A stretch of 64,000 bases of DNA from a virus. The stretch is from the IMG/VR virus record IMGVR_UViG_3300042691_019786; one strand, written 5' to 3'. A program made the translations under genes and the position numbers. A model generated the notes under the pieces. It did not search any database, was not told the origin of the DNA, and worked only from the letters and a program-made list of their open reading frames with translations. This document shows positions 47,651-57,932 of this stretch, piece after piece (within the stretch, counting starts at the first letter, position 1; each line of letters begins with the position of its first letter).

Positions 47651-48293
47651 ACAAATACTTAAACGTAGTATCATTCTTTCTAAAGCCATTTAATTTATTA
47701 ACTAAAGTACTATAACTTATATTAGTATCTTTAGCACATTCTTTAATTGAATCCCAAATTTTACCGTTTTCAATACAAATAATTTTTTTAGCATTACAAT
47801 GTTTACCACCACTAATTGAATTTGAATGTTTTATTTTAGTTTCAATACTTTTAGTTTTACCTTTTTGTGATGGTGGTACAAAACCTTTTTCTTTCGCATT
47901 TTTTGATAATTTGGATTTAGTTTCATCAGACATTACCTTACCTTTCATTCTATCTGAAATTTTTCTCCTACCTTCAATAGTTTTAGAATAGTTCTTATCA
48001 CCTAACATCAATGGTGGATTTTCACCACCATCAGTTAAATTAACTAAAGTGCCAGTACCTAAATCTTTTCTACCATATTCGTAAATTAATTTTTTTTCCA
48101 TCTCACAAGCTTCTTCCCATGATAAATCTTCAGCTAATATTTCAACTTTATAATTAGTTTTATTTATAATGTTTAACCAAAAAATTGAACGTTTTGTTTT
48201 ACTTTTTTGGTAAGCCCTAGCTATAGTTTTACCAATACCAACATAAAAAACTTCGTTAGTATCTAAACGTACATGTCTATAAACAACCGCCAT
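47628..48293 (-). CDS. GIY-YIG homing endonuclease (NUMOD3)
   Basis: MAVVYRH...FYVGIG..RA...E..LI..YGR...LVNLTDGG. Confidence 0.85.
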   Translation of the reverse strand: MAVVYRHVRLDTNEVFYVGIGKTIARAYQKSKTKRSIFWLNIINKTNYKVEILAEDLSWEEACEMEKKLIYEYGRKDLGTGTLVNLTDGGENPPLMLGDKNYSKTIEGRRKISDRMKGKVMSDETKSKLSKNAKEKGFVPPSQKGKTKSIETKIKHSNSISGGKHCNAKKIICIENGKIWDSIKECAKDTNISYSTLVNKLNGFRKNDTTFKYLSNIERFS

Positions 48294-48294
48294 T

Positions 48295-48756
48295 TCAATC
48301 CTTTTTAAAATATAAATCAGCTTCCGCTTGTCGTCTAACAACTAGACCTTTTAATACTTTATTTGAAGCTTTTGTCCATTTCATAAATTCTGCTCTGATT
48401 GTTTCATCGTTAGGGTTTTTATTAACTTTTTTTAATAATGTTGACGCTTTTAAATTTGCTGGTCCTAAATTATAACAAAAAGACACCAACGCATCGAACT
48501 GATTTTGTGTTATTTTGTCTATACAGTATGAATCAACATATTGTTCAAATTTTATTAACATAGATTTTAACAATTCAACACCTTCAGCTTCTGTTACAGC
48601 TTTGTCAGCCATAGTAACTTTCTTACCATTAGGGTAAAAAGTTGCGCCATATCCGATAGTACAAATTTTTGCTGGACATAAATAAGGCTTACTAGAAAAG
48701 CCTTCAAAACTTTTTATTAAGTTTATACCATTTTCACTAATTTTAGTTATTTTCAT
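48295..48756 (-). CDS. lysozyme (GH24 endolysin)
   Basis: FEG...TIGYG...QFDALVSFCYNLG...GLVVRRQAE. Confidence 0.92.
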   Translation of the reverse strand: MKITKISENGINLIKSFEGFSSKPYLCPAKICTIGYGATFYPNGKKVTMADKAVTEAEGVELLKSMLIKFEQYVDSYCIDKITQNQFDALVSFCYNLGPANLKASTLLKKVNKNPNDETIRAEFMKWTKASNKVLKGLVVRRQAEADLYFKKD

Positions 48757-49441
48757 ATTCTTTAATTATTCTATTTATTATGTTTCTAGATAAATTATAT
48801 TTCTTATGTAATTGTAATTTATTTATACCATTATTATAATCTATAATTATATCATTTTTTATATTTTCTTCTATTATTTTAAAATTATGTGGTTTGTTAT
48901 TCTCATAATATTTTTTAAGCCCTTTTGAAGTCTTTTCTTTCGTTTCTTCACTTAATTTAATACCCTTCTTTTTTGACTCTTTACCTTTAGTTCCAATAAC
49001 ACCTAACTTGTTTAGTTCGTAAGTTTGTTTACTTTTAAGTTCTTTTAATTTAGGGTCCGACCAAGTTTTTTTTGAAGTTTCACTTCGTTTTTTCTTTGTT
49101 TCTTCAGATTGTTTCTTACCAGTTAGTTTTTCTGAGATTATATTTTTTTGTTCTTGACTCATACCTTTATTACCATCACCACCATTGGTCATGTTAACTA
49201 AACTACCTAAACCTAAATCACGTCTACCATATGTTTCTATTAATAATATTTCAAGTTCTTTTGCTGATTCATAATCAATATCTTTAACTATTATCTCAAC
49301 TTTATATTCAGTTTTATTAACTATATTTTCCCATAATTTATTTCTAGAACGTTTTTCATATGCTCTTTTTTCTTTTACACCAATACCAATATAAAAAATT
49401 TCATTAGTATCTAATCGTCTATGTCTATATACTACCGCCAT
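48743..49441 (-). CDS. GIY-YIG homing endonuclease (NUMOD3)
   Basis: paralogue of 47628..48293. Confidence 0.85.
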   Translation of the reverse strand: MAVVYRHRRLDTNEIFYIGIGVKEKRAYEKRSRNKLWENIVNKTEYKVEIIVKDIDYESAKELEILLIETYGRRDLGLGSLVNMTNGGDGNKGMSQEQKNIISEKLTGKKQSEETKKKRSETSKKTWSDPKLKELKSKQTYELNKLGVIGTKGKESKKKGIKLSEETKEKTSKGLKKYYENNKPHNFKIIEENIKNDIIIDYNNGINKLQLHKKYNLSRNIINRIIKEYENN

Positions 49442-49444
49442 TAA

Positions 49445-49558
49445 TTAATTAGCTATTGTTGGTACACCAGCTGGACATTTATAAGGTTTTGCACTGAAAC
49501 CTTCAAATTTCTTGATTAGTTCGATACCTTTTGTACCAGTTTTTGTAATCTTTTCCAT
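49445..49558 (-). pseudogene. orphan lysozyme N-terminal fragment
   Basis: MEKITKTGTKGIELIKKFEGFSAKPYKCPAGVPTIAN*. Confidence 0.85.
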
Positions 49559-49638
49559 AACTTTTATTCATAAATATTGTATCAATAAAAAAAGGTACCC
49601 ATATGAGTACCTTTTTTATATTTTAATTAATTAAATAT

Positions 49639-51375
49639 TTAGTATTCTTCATTCATACCTTCACCCATCGCCATATTAGTATCAGCACCCATATTTTGTT
49701 GTGCGTCTGGTTGTTTAGCGTTCATATCACTAACAACCATATCAAATTTATCTAAAAGTGTACCTAATTTACCAGTATCTTGATTACCTGGATTATCAAA
49801 TACTGAAATTAATTTATCAAATATATTGTATAAAGTAACTCTTTCGTTTGCAGCTATTTTACCAAAAACACTTCTTAATTTATTATTAATCATATCTCTG
49901 AAATCATTAAAACCTATTTTAAGACCTTCAGCTTCGTACATACCTTCTTCATACATACCTTCTTCATACATACCTTCACCCATCCATGATTCGTTGATTG
50001 GTTCAAATTTAATTCCACCAATTACAACACCTTCAGATAAACCTTCTTCGTTTTCTTTAGCTTCAGTTTCAACTTTTGCAGTTGATTCTTTACCCATGTG
50101 AATGTGTTTTTTAGCGTCAGCAGCGTGAGGAACTTTGATTTCATCCCAGTTACCTTCTTTAGCTGTCACATCTTCGATATTTTTACCACCTTTAGATGCT
50201 GTTTCTGTTGATTTAGTAGTTTCTTCTTTTACTTCTTCTTCTTCTTTAACAACTTCTTCTTCTTCAACAGATTCTTTCATTGTTACATGTTTAGTAGCTT
50301 CAGCTGCATGTTTTTTAATTTTTTCAAATTCACCAGTTTTTGGATTTGGCGCTTCAGTTTTCTTTTCAGATGCTACAGAACCTTCAACATGTTTTTTTGC
50401 ATCAGCAGCATGAGGAACTTTGATTTCATCCCAGTTACCTTCTTTAGCATCAGCATCTTCGATGTCTTCCATCTCCATTAACATTTTTGTTTTTTTCCAA
50501 ATATCGTTAAACGTTGAGTTTTCATCTAATCTAGCTCTACCTTTTACAGTTCCTAATGTTTCTTGAGATTTGTACCCCATTAGGTGTTTCATTTTTTGCA
50601 TGTCTTCATTAACCATGTTTTTGTCAGCTGCCATAAGAACAACTGCTTTACCTTCAGTTAATGAACCTTCCCAACGGATTTTATAGTTTTCAACACCATC
50701 AGTCATTTCAAATACTTTTTTATCTACTTTGTAAGATTCTGGTATCATTTTAAGTGCATTTCCAACACCGTTAAACTCTTTTTTGAATTTAAGTCTTTTC
50801 ATTCCTTCTTTTATTTGTGGTTTATTGTTATCTTTATTCTCAAATGCATAAGCCTTATGACTTTTATCTGGCGTAACTTCCCAGTCATCACCAAACATTT
50901 TTGTTGTTGGTGTTTCTTTAGCTCTAATTTCTTGTGACTTTTCAATTGACGCTGCTAGATTTTTTCCAAAATCTGGACCAGTAAATCCTTGTTGTGCTGG
51001 AATAACATTAGCCCATTCTGGATTGTTACCCATTCTACTAGAACCAACAATAGCTTCTTTAGCTCTATCACTAAATTCTTTATTTGGATTTCTATCATAT
51101 TGAATCATCTCTTGACCATTCATGATTTCCATTTGGTCATGATATTCTTTTTCTTCGTTACTGTTATAATTAAATTTGTTGTTAACATCAGTAACTTCCA
51201 TACCTTTGTTCAAATTTTTATCATAACCGTTTAAATCTTTATCAACATCTTTTATTGCTTGTTTGTTAATTTTTTCAGAAGCTTTTTGAGCTGCTGCTGT
51301 AACTGCAATACCTGGAGTTTCAGCCTCATTAACAAATTTGTTTACTAGATGTTTTTTAATTATATTTTTATCCAT
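49639..51375 (-). CDS. large charged protein, probably virion-internal
   Basis: internal repeats; ATATTTAT motif upstream. Confidence 0.55.
   Translation of the reverse strand: MDKNIIKKHLVNKFVNEAETPGIAVTAAAQKASEKINKQAIKDVDKDLNGYDKNLNKGMEVTDVNNKFNYNSNEEKEYHDQMEIMNGQEMIQYDRNPNKEFSDRAKEAIVGSSRMGNNPEWANVIPAQQGFTGPDFGKNLAASIEKSQEIRAKETPTTKMFGDDWEVTPDKSHKAYAFENKDNNKPQIKEGMKRLKFKKEFNGVGNALKMIPESYKVDKKVFEMTDGVENYKIRWEGSLTEGKAVVLMAADKNMVNEDMQKMKHLMGYKSQETLGTVKGRARLDENSTFNDIWKKTKMLMEMEDIEDADAKEGNWDEIKVPHAADAKKHVEGSVASEKKTEAPNPKTGEFEKIKKHAAEATKHVTMKESVEEEEVVKEEEEVKEETTKSTETASKGGKNIEDVTAKEGNWDEIKVPHAADAKKHIHMGKESTAKVETEAKENEEGLSEGVVIGGIKFEPINESWMGEGMYEEGMYEEGMYEAEGLKIGFNDFRDMINNKLRSVFGKIAANERVTLYNIFDKLISVFDNPGNQDTGKLGTLLDKFDMVVSDMNAKQPDAQQNMGADTNMAMGEGMNEEY
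49937..49977. repeat. 15-nt coding tandem repeat (EGMYE, about 3 copies)
   Basis: tacataccttcttca units. Confidence 0.7.
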
Positions 51376-51421
51376 TTTAAATTGATTTAATTATAAATAT
51401 CTTAGTTTTTAATAAAGTTTA

Positions 51422-52918
51422 TTACTTATTGTTTTTTGATTCAATTATTCTTTTAACTTCATCGATTGTTTTACCAGTCTTTTTAGCTATCGTTTCATAA
51501 ATCTTGTTTTCACCTAATGAAGGTGCGTTTACACTTCCTTTAGCTTTTTTTAGTTTAACAACACCATCTACAGCACCAGTACTACAACCAGAACCAGCTG
51601 GTTTATTATTAAGTTTTGTACAATCGTTAAATTCAACAAATGCACCTCCAGCATATTGTGGTGTTTTCTCAGCCTTTGTTTTACCAACATTTTTAAATTC
51701 ACCATTTCTACCGATTGGTAGTGCGTTTGCATCGTATGCGCCTATCGACCCTTCACCTTGTGTAGTTTCTTTTATCCCTTCTTTAAAAGTTTTTTTAAGT
51801 GGTTCATTATATTTACCAACTGGCATATTTAATCTCTCACCAGACTTACCACCACCAAAAACACTAACACCACCACCAACACCACCAAGTGACATTGTTT
51901 CATCAAAAGGTAGTCTAGTTTGTGTAGAAGGAGGGTTTTTAGATTGTGGTTGAACTTTAGGTAAAACTTTTTTATTTTTATTTAAATAATTACCACCAAA
52001 ACCACCAGTTTCATGGTCACCAGTAATATTTTTTCTAGCGTCTAATGCCGCTTTCATTTCTTCTGGTGTTTTATCACTTTTTCTATGTGTTTGTGGAAAT
52101 TGTTTAGCTAATTGGTTTTTAGCCGTTTCGTTATCTATTTCATTTAATTCTTCTTCTTCACCATTTAACGCTTTTATCAATTTTTCATCATGTGAATAAA
52201 AATCTAACAAATCATTTTTAACTTCATCGGTAATAGATTTTAATTTATCAGAGTTTGATTCAATGTAGTTTTTTAATACTTGTTTGCTTTGTTCATCATT
52301 GTTAGTCCAATAACCATCCTTGTTATCGTCAGCATAACCTAGTTCAGTAGCAATACTACTCAACTCAGATTCATCACCACTAACAGCTTTCATGAATTCA
52401 CTATTATAATCGTCTAAATCAAATAATAATTGTTCATCCCCAGATGATACTATAGCTATTTCACCATTGTTATATTTAATATCAATATCGCTTTCTTGCG
52501 CTGTTGGTCTTGGGAATTTATTAGGTTCTTGGTTAATTGGATTGTCTGGGTGATTATCAAACCAATCACCTTCAGTTATTCCACCAACAATTTCATTTAA
52601 TCTTTCTTCGTATATTTTTAATGCATCTTGTGGTGAACCTAATTTTTTTGACAATTTATAACCGTCTTTTTCTTTTACTAAGATATCTTTTAAACCTTCT
52701 AGAATTGATTCATAATTAACGCTGCATTCATTCCAAAATTCTGATAGGTTTTTACTTTTACCATATAGGTATTCTAATAGGTTTTTGTATTCTTCTTTTA
52801 AGTTATATTTTTTAGCCATATCATCAACTCTATCTAACCCTCCTTTAACTATAGGTTCTTGGTTTAGAGATTCTAATAATGTTTTATATTGGTTTTTGGT
52901 TAAAATTAGTTTTCTCAT
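51422..52918 (-). CDS. large hypothetical protein, probably virion-associated
   Basis: N-terminus MRKLILTKNQYKTLLE. Confidence 0.55.
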   Translation of the reverse strand: MRKLILTKNQYKTLLESLNQEPIVKGGLDRVDDMAKKYNLKEEYKNLLEYLYGKSKNLSEFWNECSVNYESILEGLKDILVKEKDGYKLSKKLGSPQDALKIYEERLNEIVGGITEGDWFDNHPDNPINQEPNKFPRPTAQESDIDIKYNNGEIAIVSSGDEQLLFDLDDYNSEFMKAVSGDESELSSIATELGYADDNKDGYWTNNDEQSKQVLKNYIESNSDKLKSITDEVKNDLLDFYSHDEKLIKALNGEEEELNEIDNETAKNQLAKQFPQTHRKSDKTPEEMKAALDARKNITGDHETGGFGGNYLNKNKKVLPKVQPQSKNPPSTQTRLPFDETMSLGGVGGGVSVFGGGKSGERLNMPVGKYNEPLKKTFKEGIKETTQGEGSIGAYDANALPIGRNGEFKNVGKTKAEKTPQYAGGAFVEFNDCTKLNNKPAGSGCSTGAVDGVVKLKKAKGSVNAPSLGENKIYETIAKKTGKTIDEVKRIIESKNNK

Positions 52919-53242
52919 TATTAATTATTTTTATTTGAAAGGTTATCAATCCATGTATTTCTTTTTAGCCAAAGAGTTTTGTAAAGTTGTGTCAAAACAT
53001 TTTTAGTTATTTCAACAACTTTATCTTCTAATTCTTTTTCGTTTTTTAATTTTTCTTTAACTATCTTTTCTATTTTATTTTTGAACTCAGCACCATCAAT
53101 ATAACCTTTAATTTGTTTATTGACATCTGTTTTTGATAGCTCTTCTTTAATTATATCCCTCATTTAGACTTTTAATTATAAATATGGTAAATAAACAAAA
53201 AAAGCCCTAAACTTAGGGCTTTATTTATTAATTCTATAAATA

Positions 53243-53959
53243 TTATTTAATCATATAATCACCACATGAAATAACCACCTCACATTCTGATAATGAACTA
53301 TTTGAATAGTCAAAAGTTCCTAAATCAACAGATTTGATTTGACAACCAGTCATTAACCATGTTTCAAAAACAACACCAGTTGGGTCTAACATTTCGATTT
53401 TCATACCAAAATATTTTTGATTATAACCCATATCAAATAGTTTCTTGTTAATATTGTTAGTTATCGTTGGTTTAAATCTCAAAACAATATCTTCAATAAC
53501 ATATTTTTTTATATGTGTATTTATACCCAACACTTTAACATTTTCAAAAATAACTTTTGGTCCACTTATAGATGAAACAAAGAAAGGTTCAATACCCAAT
53601 TCTTTTGGTAATATTACTAAAAATCTGTTGTTTCTAACAAATTCTGGCGCTACTACTTCTTTACCGTATTTAAGTGTTGGTACTCTATGGTTAGTACCAT
53701 TTTTAGTGTCAGATAAAGCGTCTTTTGGTTTTTCTAACAATGGATTCTTTTTACCAGTTAATTCCTCATAATATGGGTTAGCTTCACCAGTGAAAGGGTC
53801 ATACATAGGAATCTCATTTTTCTTTTGTTCTACATACTCTTTTGGTAAAGGTTTAGATATAATCGCTTTTGGTGGTTGCGCTTTTCTCCTAGTTCTAGGT
53901 TTATAATTCTTTTTGTTTGATTTTGTTGTTCCTTCTTGAATTGGTTTAGGTTCGCTCAT
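53243..53959 (-). CDS. protein with a C-terminal gp19-like tail-tube domain
   Basis: NRFLV..P..GI...MLDPTGVVFETW...G...DYS. Confidence 0.55.
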   Translation of the reverse strand: MSEPKPIQEGTTKSNKKNYKPRTRRKAQPPKAIISKPLPKEYVEQKKNEIPMYDPFTGEANPYYEELTGKKNPLLEKPKDALSDTKNGTNHRVPTLKYGKEVVAPEFVRNNRFLVILPKELGIEPFFVSSISGPKVIFENVKVLGINTHIKKYVIEDIVLRFKPTITNNINKKLFDMGYNQKYFGMKIEMLDPTGVVFETWLMTGCQIKSVDLGTFDYSNSSLSECEVVISCGDYMIK

Positions 53960-53964
53960 TAAAA

Positions 53965-54531
53965 CTATTCTTTAATCTTTATGTTATTTATGACGCTCAT
54001 AGTGTCCTTCATGCATTCACTATAAACTTTGGCATTATAATATGGTTTGAATTTTAACAATCCCCATAAATATTTCTTATGCCAATCTTTATATAAAAAA
54101 GTAGTTAACTTATCATTAACTTCTTTTTTTGTAAATGATATAGAGTCTTTCTTAATGTAACCAGAAAGACTATAACATTTTTCAGTTAAGTTAAAATAAC
54201 TTTTTTCTGAAACGCTATCTTTTTTTAAAACTGTAACAGATAACGTTGAATCTTTGAATCTATATTTTGTGTCAACAATATTTGTTATGTATTTTGTTTT
54301 TATATTTAAAACTTTTGCAATTGAATCATACTTTGGGTATAAGTCTTTTAATTCTCTAAAAGTTAATTCTTGTTGCATAGATTTATTTTTGATTAAAGCA
54401 ACCATGTTGTTGCTAAATCTAGTTCTTTCTTCTTTTTCATTTTTATATAACTTAAATAAAAAAGCTAATGATGTAAATAAAAACATCACTAATAAAACTA
54501 ATCCAATTAATATTTTATTTTTTAACATCAT
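53965..54531 (-). CDS. spanin-like membrane-anchored protein
   Basis: N-terminal TM then coiled-coil/beta region; near an amidase-like gene. Confidence 0.45.
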   Translation of the reverse strand: MMLKNKILIGLVLLVMFLFTSLAFLFKLYKNEKEERTRFSNNMVALIKNKSMQQELTFRELKDLYPKYDSIAKVLNIKTKYITNIVDTKYRFKDSTLSVTVLKKDSVSEKSYFNLTEKCYSLSGYIKKDSISFTKKEVNDKLTTFLYKDWHKKYLWGLLKFKPYYNAKVYSECMKDTMSVINNIKIKE

Positions 54532-55045
54532 AAAAATACTCTTCTTCTACTTTAGGTTCATTTTGTAGATTAACTAAATAACCCTTTAACCCATTTTTTA
54601 TTTCTTCTTCATTTAATTTATCATCACTAGTCGAGTTAAATTTAGAACCTTGTGTAAATGATAAAGAAAATTCAATTTTATTTTCATCATCAACTATTTT
54701 TTCACCAGTAATAATGATATCACCGTTAAAATCTTCTGTTTTTGGTTTAACGTAAACACTAGTAACTCTAATACCTAATTTTATACCACCTATAGCTGTA
54801 GATATTTTTTCAAGCCTTTCATCGGGTTTTTCTAATTTTTTATAACCTTCAATTGGGAATAAAGGTGTTGGACCATCTTTTGGTAATTCAGTATTTTCTG
54901 TATCTGGTAAATCATCCCCTTTTTCAAATTTAGGAACTGACGCAGTTACTGGTGCATCATCTTCTTTTATTAATTGTTGTTTAAACCCTCTAATTACAGA
55001 CATCATTTTTTTTGTCATGTCGTGTTCGTTGATGTTTTCTTTCAT
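54515..55045 (-). CDS. hypothetical protein
   Basis: ORF. Confidence 0.55.
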   Translation of the reverse strand: MKENINEHDMTKKMMSVIRGFKQQLIKEDDAPVTASVPKFEKGDDLPDTENTELPKDGPTPLFPIEGYKKLEKPDERLEKISTAIGGIKLGIRVTSVYVKPKTEDFNGDIIITGEKIVDDENKIEFSLSFTQGSKFNSTSDDKLNEEEIKNGLKGYLVNLQNEPKVEEEYFYDVKK

Positions 55046-55049
55046 TTGT

Positions 55050-55658
55050 TTAGTTTTTACTTTCTAGTTTATTTTTAAATTCTTCACAGTTCCATGCTGG
55101 TGATACATCAAAATAGTGTTTATTCAAATTACTTTTGTATAATACACCATTAAAACTACTAGTATCATCCAATTTTGTGTTGTGGCTCATAGCTATCTTT
55201 GGTATAAAGAATTCTTCACATAAATCGTTAACTAGTTCAACACAAGCGTCCATTTGTTCTTGTGTATAAACAGCCCATTTATTGTGACCTTTCCAATTTC
55301 TACCTAAGACTATACCATTATAAATATTACCTTTCCAATCATAAAATCGTTCATCTGGTAAATTTCTAGTTAACCACCCTTCATTTTCCAATAAAATAAC
55401 AATCGATTTTGTGTTTTGCTCTAACTTTGGAAAATACTTTGATAAATACGAAGGTTCAAAATGTTTATGTATTACACCAGATTTATCTATGGTAAACGCA
55501 GCAGTCTTTTTGTTATTCCCATTTAACCTAGTTTTCCAACCTATAACATGGTTCATATTGTTACTATAAGTATTACCAATAACTATTTGTTTTTTTATAC
55601 ATTCTATAGGTATGTAATGTTTTTCTTCTAATGAATATTTTTTATCTTCTATTACCAT
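55050..55658 (-). CDS. N-acetylmuramoyl-L-alanine amidase-like protein (possibly inactive)
   Basis: Amidase_2-like layout (KQIVI, FTIDKSG, SIVILLEN, YTQEQ, DVSPAW) without the usual His ligands. Confidence 0.55.
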   Translation of the reverse strand: MVIEDKKYSLEEKHYIPIECIKKQIVIGNTYSNNMNHVIGWKTRLNGNNKKTAAFTIDKSGVIHKHFEPSYLSKYFPKLEQNTKSIVILLENEGWLTRNLPDERFYDWKGNIYNGIVLGRNWKGHNKWAVYTQEQMDACVELVNDLCEEFFIPKIAMSHNTKLDDTSSFNGVLYKSNLNKHYFDVSPAWNCEEFKNKLESKN

Positions 55659-56980
55659 TAACCACGTTTATAAAATATTTTGTTATCATCACCATTTTTG
55701 ATTATTTTATTTGAACCTATTCTTTCTATCGTGTTGCTAGTTTTAGGTTTTGGAACGTCAACAGAAAACCCTCTACCTTCTTTAATTTCTCTTATGTCTT
55801 CTAAATTAACTTTACCAGTTGGTATTACTGGTTGTTTTTTATAAACTGGTACTTCAATATTTTTTTCACTAACAGTTGTTGATGGTTCTACTTGAGTTAC
55901 AGCATCAGTTATTTGGTCATTTACAGCCTCAATTACAGTGTCATTTACAGTGTCATCATGTTCTTCTTCAATTGGTATAATGATATCTTCTATTTCCAAA
56001 TCTTCAACCATCTGATTCATAACTTCACTTAACGCATGGTCTTCATCAAAATTTACACCCTCATTTACACCCTCATTTACACCCTCAGTTATTCCCTCAT
56101 CGTTACTTTTTTCTTTAATCATTTCGATAATAGTTGTTGGTGTTTCACCAGATGGTACGTGATTTATTTTAGGTTCTAATGGTGTTTGTTTACCTTCCAA
56201 TTCAAACACTTTATTTGTTGCTAACACTAACGCAATTGCCAATGGGTCAAATACGAATATAAGTAACAAAATAAGATAGTTAACAACATTAGCCATAGGA
56301 ATGCCAGTCAACTCTGATATGTATTTAAGAGGACCAACTTCACCAGCAATTTCACTTCCAGATTTTAATTCAATAGCTTTAACGTTATAAGCGTTAACTG
56401 AATCTGACAAAACAATATTCTTAGCGTTGATAGCGTCTATCTCAGCGTTCAATAGTTGAATTTGTTTATCTGAACTCTCAATATCACGTCTAGCGTTTCT
56501 TTGATTTCTATTATCAGTTGAGTTGTCTAAACGAGTTTCTTGGTTACCTCTAAGGTTGTTTAATTGGTCAACACGTTTAGTTTTAGTTTCAATGATTTTT
56601 GTATTATCAGCAATAGTCTTTTCAAACGTTTGTTTTTTCGCTTCTAACACACCTAATTGACCTTCATGTATCTCTAACTTATTTGCTGTCGATTGATAAG
56701 CGTTAGATAAGAAACCGTAAATACCTACAGACGTTATAACCATAAGAATCGCAACACTAATTGTTAAATAAAACTTTAACCCTTTGGCTAGTTTATGCCA
56801 ATATGTGTGTAACGCAGTTGTCGTAACCACTTTACCAACTTCTAATGTTGTGGCCATTATAATTACAGCTGTGCTAGCGCCAGCAAATAACTGACTTAAA
56901 CCCCACACAGAAAAATAAGCAGCACAACCAGCAACGGTTAGTGCTAAAATTAACATTATGTAACTAAATTTTACTTTCAT
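55658..56980 (-). CDS. multi-TM coiled-coil protein
   Basis: 3 N-terminal TM, coiled coil, EVGPLKY...IFVFDPLA. Confidence 0.65.
   Translation of the reverse strand: MKVKFSYIMLILALTVAGCAAYFSVWGLSQLFAGASTAVIIMATTLEVGKVVTTTALHTYWHKLAKGLKFYLTISVAILMVITSVGIYGFLSNAYQSTANKLEIHEGQLGVLEAKKQTFEKTIADNTKIIETKTKRVDQLNNLRGNQETRLDNSTDNRNQRNARRDIESSDKQIQLLNAEIDAINAKNIVLSDSVNAYNVKAIELKSGSEIAGEVGPLKYISELTGIPMANVVNYLILLLIFVFDPLAIALVLATNKVFELEGKQTPLEPKINHVPSGETPTTIIEMIKEKSNDEGITEGVNEGVNEGVNFDEDHALSEVMNQMVEDLEIEDIIIPIEEEHDDTVNDTVIEAVNDQITDAVTQVEPSTTVSEKNIEVPVYKKQPVIPTGKVNLEDIREIKEGRGFSVDVPKPKTSNTIERIGSNKIIKNGDDNKIFYKRG
56051..56086. repeat. 12-nt coding tandem repeat (EGVN x3)
   Basis: atttacaccctc x3. Confidence 0.75.
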
Positions 56981-57034
56981 ATACTTTTATTTTATAAATA
57001 CTAAAAACTAAAAAAAGGGTCATAGACCCTTAGT

Positions 57035-57856
57035 TTATTCATTTATTAAATCAAATAAATCATGAGCATTATGTCTTAATTTTCTAATAGCTTTTTCTTT
57101 TATTTGTCTAATTCTTTCTTTTGTTAAACCGTATCTATCACCAATCGCTTCTAAAGTCATAGCTTCGCAATTTGTATCGATACCAAAATAACATTTTATA
57201 ATTTCTTTTTCTCTTTCACTTAAAATAGATAACGTTATATCTATTTGATTTTTGATTCTTTCGTCAATGATTAATTTGTCTTCATCACCATTATCAAAAG
57301 GTATTAGTTCTATTAACTCGTCACCTTCTTCATTGATGTGTTCATTAAGTGATGTACATTTTGGGTAATTAATTAAGTTTAAATCAAAGTTATCAATATC
57401 ATTAACTGTGAAATCAGCATCGTCTAATAATTCAATTTTTGATATTTCTTTATTTAACTTAGAAATCTTATTAATAACATTTGAAGGTAATCTTACCATT
57501 CTAGCGTTATCATTTAGACTTTGAATAATAGATTGTCTTATCCACCATACTGCATAAGAGATGAATCTGAAACCTTTTTTGTAATCAAATCTTGTTGCTG
57601 CTTTAACTAATCCGTAATTACCTTCATTTATTAAATCTTGCAATTGCAAACCTTGCCCTTGATATTCTTTAGCTACTGACACAACAAATTTTAAATTTGC
57701 TTTAACCAAAGTCTCAATCGCTTTTGTGTCGCCTTTTTTAATTCTTTTCGCTAAACTTATTTCTTCGTTTTTAGTTAAAACTACTGATTTTCTTACTTCC
57801 TTAAAATATTTTGATATGCTGTCGTTGTTTTCAAAATTTACAAACTTTTTATTCAT
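57035..57856 (-). CDS. RNA polymerase sigma70-family factor
   Basis: ANLKFVVSVAK, DLINEGN, RFISYAVWWIRQ, region 4 TLEAIG...TKERIRQI. Confidence 0.93.
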   Translation of the reverse strand: MNKKFVNFENNDSISKYFKEVRKSVVLTKNEEISLAKRIKKGDTKAIETLVKANLKFVVSVAKEYQGQGLQLQDLINEGNYGLVKAATRFDYKKGFRFISYAVWWIRQSIIQSLNDNARMVRLPSNVINKISKLNKEISKIELLDDADFTVNDIDNFDLNLINYPKCTSLNEHINEEGDELIELIPFDNGDEDKLIIDERIKNQIDITLSILSEREKEIIKCYFGIDTNCEAMTLEAIGDRYGLTKERIRQIKEKAIRKLRHNAHDLFDLINE

Positions 57857-57932
57857 TAATACTATTGTTACTCTTCATGTTATTCTTTTTAAATATAAGG
57901 ATATTTTCTTAAAAGTCAATACTTTATATCCT

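Noticed and set aside
50118-50447. Diversity-generating retroelement repeat pair
   Set aside because: An in-frame internal protein repeat (AKEGNWDEIKVPHAADAKKH) with no adenine-specific variation and no reverse transcriptase in the window.
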